Source: Eledone cirrhosa
Lineage: Eukaryota
Assembly (NCBI GenBank): GCA_964016885.1
Contig: OZ024743.1
Location: 292,640,001 to 292,704,000 of the forward strand
DNA length: 64,000 bases
Direction: 5' to 3'
How positions within the stretch are numbered: the first letter of the stretch is position 1; every line of letters begins with the position of its first letter. The notes below the pieces were generated by a model, which worked only from the letters and a program-made list of their open reading frames with translations, was not told the origin of the DNA and did not search any database. The translations under genes and the position numbers were made by a program. Of the stretch, positions 1 through 13,252 are shown one piece after another.

Positions 1-185
1 CTCGTCAAAATTGTTTTGACCACAAGCATTTTTGCAACACAAAAATAACGCTGGAGCCACTTTTTTAACATAAAAACAGGTAGAATTCCCCAAACTAATC
101 AGATCAGAGCAAACAGCACGGACACTCTATCTCAAAATTATTTTTGAAAAGCATTTAGAAATGCGCAACCGGTAAAAACTTAAAA

Positions 186-408
<223 letters not shown>

Positions 409-436
409 CACACACATGCATATACATCTTTACACA

Positions 437-1073
437 ATTTTGGATGGCCGTTGACTCTCATGGCCCTTTGTCAGATTTTATATTTTGTCCTGCAGTGTGA
501 CCAAAATCACCCTCCTCACCAAATAAATTTGGTGGGTTGCCGGTTTAGTCGCCGACTACCCGACAATGCGACAGGTTGTACTGGGTTACATGTTGCCAGT
601 AGCACTTATGAGTGACCCGACATAAATAAATACATACATGCATACATACACTCATACATACATGCATACATACATGGTGGCTGCCAACTCGTTTTTGAGT
701 ACGGCCACTACTTTATATCCTACCGATGCGCTGAACGAGTGTGACTTTTTAGTCAAGCCAGCGACTTGAAAACTCTGGTACAAACACTACACTTGTGACA
801 ATTATTGACACATAGTGCTGGGCCCATGGTACCTAGTGATGACAAGTGCAGAGAGATCTCCAGATATAAAGCAATGCCTGTGCCGTGAAGCTTTTATAGT
901 GAGCAAAGGCACTGCACAAAGCCAGTCCCACTCTCTTAACCAAGATGATATTTACCAAAAAGAAGAACAAGTCAACATCATTGGATACCATCAGGGTTGC
1001 AGGTGTTATATCAGAGTTTTCCTTCTCCTAGAATTCTGCCTTGACAAAGGCTAAGGGGTCATCTCTCCCAGTG
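437..1073 (-). mobile_element. Non-coding ~600 bp dispersed element in two pieces (437-622, 676-1073); second copy at 46730-47312
   Basis: Both pieces align in reverse complement to 46730-47312. The motif ccttagcctttgtcaaggcagaattctaggagaaggaaaactctg resembles RTE 5' UTR sequence (recalled, not searched). Confidence 0.75.
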
Positions 1074-1151
1074 ATACATACATACATACATACATACATA
1101 CATACATACATACATACATACATACATACATACATACATACATACACTATA

Positions 1152-4100
1152 CAGTCAACGCGATGAGTCGCATATTTTGGCGTGGGAGACTATTTATTAA
1201 ATTTAAGATGAATACTATCTCCGACGTAATGCCACAACTACAGTCATGTTGAATAACTGGTTATTCTTCTAACTATATCTTCTGAAGACACCTTTTATTC
1301 GAATTCGTAGAGATAGCCGACTAATTCATTTTACAATGATTTGCTACAAACAGCATGGCTGAACACAACATCAACAACATAATTAAGAAAGTATCGAAGA
1401 CAAACAACAAGAAAGGTAAACAAACTTTATTCAGTTGTAGCTGCAGATGCGACCGAAATTATAAATCGCATTTCTCTTGGAGTTGCCAACTTAATAATGA
1501 TTTGTTGAATTGTTATAAAATGGCAAAAAAACAATCCCTCCATTGGCTATATGTACAGAATGAAGCTACACTGGGACGAAATACACCCAGAGCTAAATTA
1601 TTTCACAGCGAAACAATTACACCAACAAGCGACGTTTGTTGAACGAAAAAATAAAATAAATATTATTAATTGTAAGTCCCCCACAACAAACATTGTATCA
1701 ACAACCCGTGCTACAGGTCGCCATGCTACAGGTCGACATCGTAGAAGCCAGATTAAACAGTGCATTGAAACAACTATGCCTGTAAGAAACTTGACACCAC
1801 CTGTACCATCTACGTCTACCTCGATTGCTGGGGAAAACATTATCAATAATAATAATAATCGAAGAAATTTGACACCACGTGTACCATCCGAGTCTTCATC
1901 GACTGTTGTGGAAAATACTGTCGATAATGATAATAAACAATTGAAAATTTCCCTCAACGAAATCTTCCAGAAAGAAATTAATTCATGTATAAATAGCTCT
2001 CTTGCTGAACGTGTTAAAACGACAATGTTTAATAAAAAAACAAATAATGAAATATTACGTGTTATTGACGAAATAGAGGATGAATGTTTACGACAGATAA
2101 AAATCCCAACATTTTGGCAAATCAACGCCTGTTTATATGCCCTAGCAACGACAGTGAATCATTATTTTGGTGATAGCAGAGATATTAACAAGAACAAAAC
2201 ACCACCAAAAATACCATCATATATAACTAAAATAGAAAAAAAGATTGCTGACCTACGAAAAACCATAGGATATGTGACAATGCTCCTTACATGCAAACAA
2301 ACACAAAACAAAACTCACTCCTCACCAACAAAGAATGAAAAATAAAATAGAGACGATGTTTTTGTAAAAGTAGGACCAGATTTCTTCAATATAAGCTGAT
2401 CCCCCTCAAACAAGAATTTAGAGCTGTTAGCGAAAAACGCCGATACCTGAAGAAGGTAGATGAGAGAAAAGTGCTTAATAAAAGATTCAGATGAAACCAA
2501 ACATCAGTCTATAGAGATATGAAGAACAAAATAATAAGTGTCACTGAGGCCCCATCCCAGAAAAACAGATTCCTTTTGGAGCAAAATATGGGGTGAAAAA
2601 AAAGAATTTCAACCAAGATGCAGTGTGGCTAAGAGAAATCCGAAAGAACTATTTCTCCTACACTACAACAAAAACATACGAAATAAGTGAGGGTACCCTT
2701 GACACTGTGATAGGAAAACTCCAAGATAAGAAAACACCAGGAAGAGACATGATTGTCGGCTACTGGTACAAAAAACTGATATTCTATCGGAGGTATCTTA
2801 CTGACCTCTACCAACAAGTTCTTAAAGTAGATGCACTTATACTAGAATCGTTGACATTAGCACGAACATTACTGGTCCCCAAGAACAAAGACACACGCTT
2901 AGCAAACATCTACTTACTCAATGCATGCCAGAACCTGATGTATAAGATGTATACAGCCTGCCTGAACCTATTCCTCCAAGATGACTGTGAAAATAATAAC
3001 ATCATGACAGCTGGAAAGAAAGGGGTTTGGAGATGCACTGACAACTCCTAATCAATAAAACTGTGATGTCGGAGGTGCGACGACTTAGGTGGAATATGGC
3101 TACAGTCTGGCTGGATTATAGGAAAGCTTTCGATCTGTTCCCCACTCTTGGATGATAGAGGCCCTCCAACTTACTAATGTCCCAAACATTATTATCAGAG
3201 CCATAGAGAAGCTGTCTTCTTTTTGGGATACTATCCTAAGGTTAAAGACAGAGAGGGAGGACTCTATTTTCACTGATAAAATAAAATATCTCAGAGGTAT
3301 ATTTCAGGGAGACAGTCTCTCTGTGATTTTATTCATCTTGTCATTAAACCCCTTGTCCTTTCTGCTCAAGAAATGTGAAGGATACATCATTGGCTCACAG
3401 GAGGACAGAAATACGAAGCTAACCCATAATTTATTTGTGGATGAACTGAAACTCTATGCCAAGAACATGGATGGGATGAAGAAAAATCTTGACCTGGTTA
3501 CAACGTACTCAGAGGAAATAGGAACGGAGTTTGGCCAAGATAAAGGCTCATACATGACTGTAAAGCGGTGAAAAACAACAACCCAATCTAGCAGCATTGT
3601 CATCAATGGCCTAACTGTTTCACCGATATCTGATGAGGACTGCTACAGATAAATGCGGATAGATGAGAACATATCCTATAATGGTATCTGTAATAAGGAA
3701 CGCGTAACCAGGGAACACGACACCTGATTAAGAAAGATTTAGTCATCGGAACTCTCTGCGCAAAACAAAACATTGGCTCACAATGTGTTTGCTGTGCCTG
3801 TCCTAACACCAACGTTTGGAATACTCTATTGGACGATAGACGAAATCCGAGCAGTTGCTGTTAGAACACGAAAAATGCTAAACAACACCGGAAACTTCCA
3901 AATCAACAGTGATATAGACCGCCTTTACTTGAAACGTAAGAGAGGCAGAGGCCTAACATCCAGACAGCATTTCAAAGGTCGCATCATATCCCTCCGACAA
4001 TATCTACGAACCTGCATGAAACAGATAATATCATGAGTGATGGGAAGGAACTCCTCGAGAGATATTTCCTGTGTGATAATCAAAAACTCACACCCAGGGA

Positions 4101-4528
4101 AGTCGCTCAGCAATATCGCAGTGAATCCATGGATGAAAAACTGCATGCTTATCAGCAAAAAATCATGCATGGATATGTTGCCAGTAAGCTCCAGAGTGAG
4201 AGTAATATAGATAAGGAAAGTAGTCTATATTGGACCAACAACCGCTATATTGGCTCCCACTTTGAAGGATATGCTTTTGCAATCCAAGAACAGGAAATTC
4301 ACACGAAATACCTGATTCACAAAAGAGATAGGGATGCAGGCAAAACACCTGTACAGACTCTGCAGAATTAACATCGAAGATTTCACCCATGTCATCAGCA
4401 GCTGTCCAAAGATGTCATCGCGGTACTATCTACCTATAAGGCATGGGGTAGTGGCCAAAATACTGTACAATGCAATCCGTAGAAAAGATAGCCCCGATAA
4501 TAAACACATTAAAAGCTATATTAATGTA
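1152..4528 (+). mobile_element. R4/Dong-like non-LTR retrotransposon, copy 1; disrupted ORF, 3'-truncated before the endonuclease
   Basis: ORF pieces 1355-4528: N-terminal MKLHWDEIHPELNYFTAKQL; RT motifs KTPGRD, GIFQGDSLSVILFILSLNPLS, HNLFVDELKLYA; DIDRLYLKRK; FAIQEQEI; CCHC knuckle CRINIEDFTHVISSC. Frameshifts and stops; preceded by (TACA)n. Confidence 0.9.
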
Positions 4529-4646
4529 GGTGTCTCGAGTCTACGGTTCTTCATGGAGTGTCTGTCTGCGAACGAAACATCTTTTGTTTAACTCCCCAGC
4601 CGTGGAATCTGTGTAGTGCCATGTAAAGTTGCCTGAATTCAGGCAA

Positions 4647-4695
<49 letters not shown>

Positions 4696-4708
4696 TATAT
4701 ATATATAA

Positions 4709-4760
<52 letters not shown>

Positions 4761-4975
4761 ATGTTTGTTGTTGTGTGTATATAATTGACTTTAACGTTTC
4801 CGTTCCGAATTCAAAGATGCACAATAGAAGGTATTCAAACCACCGCATAATGAGTAATATTTAGTTATCCAAATATTTCACTTCCTGGACTATTTCTGTT
4901 TCCGCCGTAAAAGATGAATTATTTTCGGAGGAAAGACAAGTCTTACAAGAATAATTTTTAAATACATATACCATA

Positions 4976-5165
4976 TAATTGTTTCTACTTTAGGCACAAG
5001 GCCAGCAATTACCCAGTGCATTACTGGTACTTTATTTTATCGACCCCCGTAAGGATGAAAGGCAAAGTCAACCTCGGCGGGATTTGAACTCAGATCGTAA
5101 AGGGACGTAACTATGCTGGAAAACATGGCGTCCGACCCTCTACCGATACTGCCAATCCACCGCCC
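4976..5165 (-). mobile_element. tRNA-derived SINE (~190 bp)
   Basis: On minus strand: A-box-like TGGCAGTATCGG, B-box GAGTTCAAATCC, body gcctttcatccttacggggtcgataaaataaagtaccagt, tail agaaacaatta; many near-identical copies in the window. Confidence 0.9.
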
Positions 5166-5346
5166 ATATACCATATAATGATATATATGTGAGTCTATAA
5201 GTATAAAGAAAGTGCTCAAGCGCAGAAATGCTATATAAATAGCTTATAAAATAGGGTGAAGACTCTTAAAAGACGGAAACAGATTTTGCCAGCGACTACT
5301 ATGAGGAATTGAACCCCATATCTTCATATATTACATACACATTTAC

Positions 5347-5387
<41 letters not shown>

Positions 5388-6851
5388 AGTGACTTTACAG
5401 TTTCACAAAACGTGTCTTTACGAACCATTTTAGATGATTAAATATTTGTTATATATAAACATGCTACAAGTATCAGAGGTGTGTTGAACAGATGAAATGG
5501 AAACATCTTTGAAAAAGCAAAATATGATAGAAGCAAGCAGATGGTCCAAGAGAAGGGAAGGGATGAAACGCAAACAAGTAATGGTTCGTAGTTGAACGAA
5601 AGAAATGCATGTGTGTATATATGTGTGTGTGTCTGTGCCTGTATGTGTGTTTGTGTGTGAGCATGTGTGTTTATGTACCTTTGTATATTTGTCTATGTGT
5701 CTTTGTGTTTATGTGTAGTTTTCTGTTATTTCAAAATATGTTTTATTATATCTTATATTATTATTAATATCTAATTCATTTTTATATCTTGGTATTACTT
5801 TATGGAAGAAAAAAGAAAAAAGAAGAAAGGAAGGAGAAGGGAAATAGGAGGCAAAGTCTATTCTCATTTCTAAAAGTATATTTTTGCTGCATCTCGTAGA
5901 CAATATGGTGAAAGAGCTGCCGATATTCGCTACATCAGCCATTCCACCTCAGACGAGATGTCATCATCATGATTTAGTGAGGAAAACGGCAGGCCTGGAA
6001 CGGGGAATACCGGAGCTCTCAACGGCGAGTGGCACAAAAAGGAATATGTCACTCAATGTCTGGTATTTATTTCATCATCTTCCGCTCCACTGTGTTTGTA
6101 AAGGAAGTATCGCAACTTGTCAGGTCTCTCTCAGATAAGTGACATCTCTCTCTCAAACAGAAAAGGTTTGACTGAAGTATTTGGAAGGTATACGAACATA
6201 GGTCAAGGTTATGATTTTATGATCTTAATGTTGTGAGATCGATTCCCGTACTATATACTGCGTTGTGTCTTTAGGCAAGTCACTTTATTTCACGATAAAA
6301 CTGTTCACTCAGCTGGAGAAAGTGGTTAGTATGACACTGGTGCCAATCTGTGTCAGCGTTTCGTTTTCACTTGCACAATATTGGTGGCCTTCAGAAAAGA
6401 GACTTTCATGCATGAGCCATTTCTTGTCTTTCTCAAAACAAGTCTTGCACCTTGCAGAGAAAAAGATCATGAATAAAGAGAGGTATTTAACTAAATAATT
6501 GAAAATAACTATTCGTTAGAAAGAAAATTTATTCATGAGAACTGAGAATACGTTATATTGTAGCAATATATCTAAAAATATATTTGTTTTCTAAAAATGA
6601 TGAATTTTAGTTATAAAAAATTCAAACGTATTAAGGTGAAGTAATTTCTGTTTTTTAGATACGTTGTTTTCAAAATATAAATATTTAAGTCAAATCGAAA
6701 TAACTATGTAACTATATAGACTGAATACGCTATGAGAATGAACACAATTTAAAAGATTCTTTGAAATGTATATATAAGAAAATGAGTTGTTTTTTTAAGA
6801 AATAAAAAAAGATGCCGTACGAGTGAAAAAAAAAAAAATAAATAAATAAAA

Positions 6852-6882
<31 letters not shown>

Positions 6883-7119
6883 TTCTTAGGGAGGGTCATG
6901 CTGCCAATAAAAACACACTCTCTTGTTGGTTTTCACTTCAATATATCACAAATTTCCAGCTGGTTGGTTTGATAACCGGATGGTTGTTTATTTATTGTAA
7001 CAACTATTTTGTCAGACATTCTGTGACTTCCACAGTGATTAATTGGTTATTTTGTGTCTTCCCTTTGTTCAGTTCTCCCCCATCTTGTGTTTATGTGTTG
7101 ATAACATACAGTCCTAATA

Positions 7120-7440
7120 CCACTTCCAACCTGGCTGCGCATGTCAATCTTATCCATGAAGATTATGAACAGGAGAGATGTAGAACGCACCCTTCACAGA
7201 GTCAAACTCCCACATTGAATGGTTTCGATTAAGCACATGGTAACACAAATACTAGGGCATTCGTATAGAGTTCTCAGTGCGACAAAAAGCTATCCAGCGA
7301 TGCCATACACTGCAGGTGTACATATACCTTTCCTTGTTTAAAATTGTATATCAGACTCAGTATGGTCTTGCCAATATAACAGAATGCAGTCTGCTTCGAA
7401 GGGGTATTCAAAACGACACTAACAAGATCTAAAATGGCTA
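7120..7440 (-). mobile_element. Degenerate RTE-clade RT fragment
   Basis: Minus strand gives a decayed FNVGV..GCVL..LLFIIFMDKI motif; similar to 38990-39180. Confidence 0.55.
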
Positions 7441-7454
7441 TAAACCCTACTCTG

Positions 7455-7491
<37 letters not shown>

Positions 7492-7521
7492 CATTATATA
7501 TATATATATAATGGATATAAT

Positions 7522-7710
7522 GGGCGGTGTATTGGCAGTATCGGTAGAGGGTCGGACGCCATGCTTTGAAGCACAGTTACGTCTCTTTACGGACTGAGTT
7601 CAAATCCCGGCGAGGTTAACTTTGCCTTTCATCCTTACGGGGTCGATAAAATAAAGTACCAGTAATGCACTGGATAATTGCTGGCCTTGTGCCAAAAGTA
7701 GAAACTATTA
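7522..7710 (+). mobile_element. tRNA-derived SINE
   Basis: Same family as 4976-5165. Confidence 0.9.
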
Positions 7711-7879
7711 TATATATATATATGTAGAAGTTCTATTTAAATTGTTGTGATACAAGCAAATATTTTTATAACTGATATAAAGCACTCAACAAATTATTGG
7801 AGTAACTTGGTGTCCTTGAAATATGTATAATGAAATAAATATGGTTTTATAAATATAGTTTCCATTTGTTAATACATCG

Positions 7880-7923
<44 letters not shown>

Positions 7924-8058
7924 TTAGGTTAATAGGAGTTAGGTATTGTATACCCGTGTCCCATTAAGGTATTGGCAGCATAATAATTAGCTCTATACTT
8001 TGGAGCAGAGCCGTATATATGATAAAGAACACAAGAGCGTCTACAACATCAAAAGATT

Positions 8059-8116
8059 TTTATTGGCTTACAATGTTTCTTCCTTACGTAACCGTAGGAT
8101 TCGTCAGAGCTATAAA
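8059..8116 (-). ncRNA. Minimal type I hammerhead ribozyme motif
   Basis: Minus strand: atagct-CTGACGA-a-tcctacg-gtta-cgtaagga-a-GAAA-c-att-g-TA|agccaataaa; stem I partly decayed, minimal stem III. Confidence 0.7.
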
Positions 8117-8158
8117 AGGGGTTTGATTGGTGTTATGGACTCTACCAACCAAACATTC

Positions 8159-8228
8159 TGTTTCGATTCTTTAATCTCAATACAACTGGCTCTAGAGCCA
8201 GTTGTATTGAGATTAAAGAATCGAAACA
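8159..8228. repeat. Perfect 70-bp palindrome
   Basis: 35-nt arm tgtttcgattctttaatctcaatacaactggctct followed directly by its reverse complement. Confidence 0.97.
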
Positions 8229-8382
8229 ACATATCTCTAGTGGTCAACCGATAAGGTGGGACTACTGTCCGTATGCGTTCATTTTCCTGTCTTCGCTCGA
8301 CGTTACATGGTTCGAATCTCAGACTCTACGCTCTTCTCCATAGTGCCAGAGGAGTTATCTCCTAAATATAAGATATTATTAA

Positions 8383-8543
8383 TGGATTGGCAGTATCGGT
8401 AGAGGGTCGGACGTCCCTTTACGATCTGAGTTCAAATCCCGCCGAGGTTGACTTTGCCTTTCATCCTTACGGGGTCGATAAAATAAAGTACCAGTAATGC
8501 ACTGGGTAATTGCTGGCCTTGTACCTAAAGTAGAAACAATTAT
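8383..8543 (+). mobile_element. tRNA-derived SINE with a small internal deletion
   Basis: Same family as 4976-5165. Confidence 0.88.
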
Positions 8544-9399
8544 TAAAACAAAACATTTTAATAAAGAAAAACGACTATACAAAATAACAGGTGTGTATTT
8601 ACACTTTATATATTTGTAAATGAGACAATAGAATCGGGTGGAAATGGAAGCACCAATGGAAACATAAATTTAAAATCTACGAGGCCGTTTATGAAAGTAT
8701 TGAAGAAGACAAGAAAACACACTTCGATCTTCCGACGTGGAAGAGGCTCCTATCAGAAGAAACCGTCACCGAATCATCATTTTTCTTATCTGTTGTACAA
8801 ACCTGGCTGGACACAGAACACTGCACAGACATTCTAAACTTTCTATAGAGTTATGAAATAATACATATGGATAAGCCATAGATGACGAACATCATTAAGT
8901 AATGTCAGTTTCATGAGGAGAATAAACGCCTCCATCCTTTTGAAGGAAAAATAAAAACAGATATGTCTATAAATCCTGGAAAACGGTAAGTCCGGTATTG
9001 AAAAAAAAACAAAAAACAAAAAAACACAAGGGATTGACACTCCAAATTCACTACTCCCCTTTTACTTTGCTCCACTTTTCAAATTAAATGATACGACAGT
9101 TCAGTTATATTCAAATATTGTAAGCGCGTCCATTGAGAATATCGTTACGATGTTTGCGAAAATGTAAAACAAATATTTATATCCCAGATAAAAATATTAA
9201 CTTTTATTTCTATATACTTTTTTTTATATAATTGTCTGCTGGAGGATTTTGTATTTCGTTCTATATCTTCACCATTAACAAGAGGAAGCCAACCCCAGCA
9301 TCAGTGACTCAGCCCCCCCACCCACTTTTTTTTGTACATTCATCCATTCATTCATTCATTTACTAACATTCTACCTTCCTGTGTCTCCCCCTCCAAGCA

Positions 9400-12300
9400 G
9401 CCCCTTCTTTTCTCTCTTGTTTTCTGACACCTCTATATATATAGGTGAGCTATGAGCCCTCTTACCAGCACTTTCCCTTCCTCCCACACACGCCAGCCAC
9501 CCACCCCTGAGGCCGCTCGGTGCCCCAGTCCCCGGCCCCACGCCCCATATCCCATCCCTCCAAGCCGACACCTGCAGCACTTGTAGCACCACTAACAAAC
9601 GGAAGAGGGGTCGGAACTGTTTGGGGTGCGGCTGCTTCCATCACCACACCTACGTTGGCTTGACTCGTCAAGCTTCCAATGCCCTCGCGGCGTGGAGGTG
9701 CAGGAGCTGCCTCTTCCTCACGTCTTCCCAGCCACGGCCGTCTGGCACACCACCAGATGGGACACGAGCTTGCCTGACGCCCGAGCCTCGCTAGTCAACA
9801 TCGCTCGGCTCAGGCGGCTCCGGAAGATCCCACCCAGGATCCCGAGAGCGGCACGGGTGCTGGTACCCGATGCCCTCGCTTCCTCGATTGAGAGCGCCCT
9901 GGACTCCAATCGAGCCAGTGACTGGGAGCGGCTGTTCTATTTCGCCCCAATCGCCCTCGACCTCCCCAGCTCTGGCGCTCACCGGAGCGGCCGGTCAACA
10001 GCATCCTTCGTCAAGGCCAATGTCTCGTCCTTGGGGCGAGCGCCCATTCCAAGCGTGCCATGGGACGCCACACACCCCACCCTCAGGTACCCCCTATCCT
10101 CCACCGCCGAGACCAGCGCCAAGCTTTTGCGTTACCAGGTAAACGCCAAGCTTATTACGGGTGATGTCTCGGCAGCAGTCAGAGTTGTTGCCTCAGAGGA
10201 CACTGTCCTCCAACCCACTGAGGAGGTCCTGGATGCTCTGCATTCCACTGATCTCAGATCCATACCCCCACCCGACCCCCACTTGTTCTTGTTGCTTCTG
10301 ATGCAGCCATCATGTCCGCTATCTGGTCCTTCCCAGCTAGCAGCTGCAGAGGTGTTGATGGTTACCGACCAGTCCACATCAAGGTGTTGACATCCCCCCC
10401 CTCTCTGCTGAGGCCGGGCGGCGCCTTCTGAGTGCAATTGTGGCGCTCACCAATAAGCTCATCCATGGTGCCGTGGACCCTTACGCCCGAAGCCTCTTTT
10501 TTTCGGCCAGCCTCACCGCTCTCAGGAAGAAAGTGGGTGGCATACGCCCCATTGCTGTGGGCAATGTCTTCCGGAGGTTGGCTGCCAAGGTGATCTGCAA
10601 GTCCGTAACACACGAACTGGGTGAGGAGTTTAGTCCGGTGCAACTAGGTGTCGTTGTGTCCGGTGGCTGTGAGGGCCCGGCTCATGCAACCAGGCAGTTC
10701 TTCAACAGCTGCCCATCGGAACCGGCATCCAGGAATTCCAGGCACCGCATTGTCAAGCTTGACATGAGGAATGCCTTCAACTCTTTACGCCGGAATCATC
10801 TGATCCTGGCCTCCCTCAGCCTAGCCCCCTCTGCCTACCCGCTGGCCTACCTGTCATATGGAGCCCCGATCATACTCCTTGCTGCTGATACGGTCATACC
10901 CTCGGCTACTGGGGTCCAACAGGGTGACCATTTGGGACCCCTCCTTTTCGCCCTTGGTATTGACCACATCGCCCGGAGTATCACGGGCCCTCTCAACGTT
11001 TGGTATCTGGATGATGCTATGTTGGGCGGGTCTGCCATGACCTTCTATCGGTGGTTCCTGCCCTGGCGGGAATCGGCCTCCTAGTCAACTCGGCCAAGTC
11101 GGAGGTGGTGAATGTCAGCTTCGATGCTGCGAGCTTTGCAGCCTCCGTCTTGGACGTGCGGTCCATTCTCTGCCAGGTACAGGTGACCCCAAAAGAGGAT
11201 GTCCTCATCCTCGGGTCACCGATCCAGCGGCCGGCCATCCGCTCCACCATCAGGTCCAGGCTTCCACAGCTCCAGACTCTCACGAGCCGACTGGGCTTGA
11301 TTGACGTCTACCCAGCTTTCTTTCTGCTGAGGAACTGCTTCGCCATGCCGAAGCTCCTCTATACACTGCGCAGCGCTCCGTGCTACACCCAGACATCTCT
11401 CCTCCCTGACCTCGATACTTGTATCCGAGCAGCAGCCGAGGAGATATGCAACGTCAAGTTTGGGGAAATAGGGGCGGGGCAACAGGCTACTTTACCTGTC
11501 AGCTTACTAGCTATGCCGGCGTATCTTTCGTCGGTAACCTCGTGCCTCGTCCTCGTCAGCAGGGTTCTTCAAACACAACAGAACCCTCTGTGTTCAGAGA
11601 ACGGGAGGCCGCCTGTGAGACCTGAGACCGGCTGGGACTTAGCCCAGTAGACGTCCCTCCTCCTTCTCCCTCTGTTGACGTCAAGTCCCCCCAATGCACT
11701 TGGGATGCCATCCAGTGCAGCCTGGTCTCAGACAGGCTCACGCGCCAGCTTGACCAGCACCGCCTTGCTTGTTTTCGTGCGGCCTCCAAACCCCACAGTG
11801 GTGCCTGTCTCCATTCCCTGCCCTCCTTCTCCACTGGCATGCAGCTAGACAACCATAGCCTGCGCATCGGCGTTTCCCTGAGGCTCGGCCTCCGGATCTG
11901 CCAGCCACACCAATGTCGCTGCGGTTCCACCGTGGACTCTTTCGGCCTGCACCCGCTTTCCTGTCGCCACAGTGCCGGCCGCATTCCACGCCATGCTGCC
12001 CTCAACGAGGTCATTAAGCATGGCTTGGACGCTGCAGGCTTCCCTTCCCAGCTCGAGCCGGTGGGGCTGGATAGAGAGGACGGCAAAAGGCCAGATGGCA
12101 TGACCATCTTCCCGTTCCGCGGTGGCAAACCCCTCGTATGGTATGCCACTTGCACCCACACTTTCTGCATGCAACCTGGTGCAGTCTGCGAGTGACCCAG
12201 GTTTTGCTGCACGTCGGGCTGAGGGGGCCAAACTCCTCAAATACCGGTCACTCTCCGACAGCTTTGCGGTCGTACTCCTGGCAATGGAAACTTCTGGTGT

Positions 12301-12480
12301 CCTCGGCCCCGGGTCTACCTCCTTACTCACCACCATAGGTACTGAGCTGACCAGCCGTAGGTGTGAGCCCCGCGAGTTGGAGTAGCTTTTCCAGCGCGTC
12401 TCCCTTGCTCTCCTCCGGGGAAACGCCTTCTCTATTCTGTCCGCCGGAGCTGTGGGTGGGCCCCATCGCTGTACCGTTAT
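9400..12480 (+). mobile_element. CRE-clade non-LTR retrotransposon (RT + CCHC + restriction-like endonuclease), frameshifted
   Basis: ALRKKVGGIRPIAVGNVFRRLAAK, QLGV..GGCE, KLDMRNAFNSL, GVQQGDHLGPLLF, WYLDD, CRCG..GLHPLSC..RHAALN, RPDGMTIFP..GKPLVW, end FQRVSLALLRGNA; markedly GC-rich. Confidence 0.88.
9573..9710 (+). pseudogene. PHD-finger-like domain at the N-terminus of the CRE ORF
   Basis: Manual translation, not in the ORF track: CSTC-x11-CLGC-x4-H-x2-Y-VGL-x10-WRCRSC. C4HC3 spacing, with one ligand as TAC (Y) instead of TGC. Confidence 0.72.
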
Positions 12481-13128
12481 AGTTGTTGTATACAGATATT
12501 AACTCATCAATCCAATTGTCCTAACTCTTGATATAATGATGGAAATGTGTAAACATTATGGTATAACGAACGCTAACTGACCTACAGTGACATCTTAGTT
12601 TTAAATATATGTTAAATATGAACAGGCATATATTTGGGGTTAAACAGTTCACTTTTCAATAACAGTTGTTGCTACATGTATAAGTAAAATAGTAAGTAGT
12701 ATTATTAAATGAAAGAAGTGTTTGTATAGTTTTGTTTGGGTTGTTATTGAAATAAATTTCGTTTGAACTAAAAACTGTGCAATACAAAAAAGAATAAGTA
12801 CGTACACATCGTATCTACAGGAACATATATATAAGTAGATGTGTGAAATTCAGTTCTGAAACAAAAAGAATGTTATTGGTTAAAAAAGAAAACAGTTAAT
12901 ATATTCGGTTACGAGGAAATTATGGAAAGATTAAAAAATGTATTAATACAATATAAAAATGAGAGTACATCCTGAAAAGATAAATTTCAAAGAAATATGA
13001 AACTTGGTGTTAAAGGCGAATAAGATCTTTGAAATAATAATTTGTGTTAAGATGTAAAAACGGATAGCCATGTAGCATGCTAATGTACATGAAGCAATAT
13101 TCTTAGGAGATGAGGTCAGTTGAAAAAG

Positions 13129-13232
<104 letters not shown>

Positions 13233-13252
13233 CATACACACACATATATATC

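Noticed and set aside
1275-1325. CTGAAGA in the Dong-like 5' UTR
   Set aside because: No GAAA, stem III or UH site follows in either copy
5884-6138. 84-aa ORF in locally GC-richer DNA
   Set aside because: No motif recognised
9718-12336. Many overlapping antisense ORFs in the CRE and Tx1 elements
   Set aside because: Expected from high GC and few stop codons; no motifs
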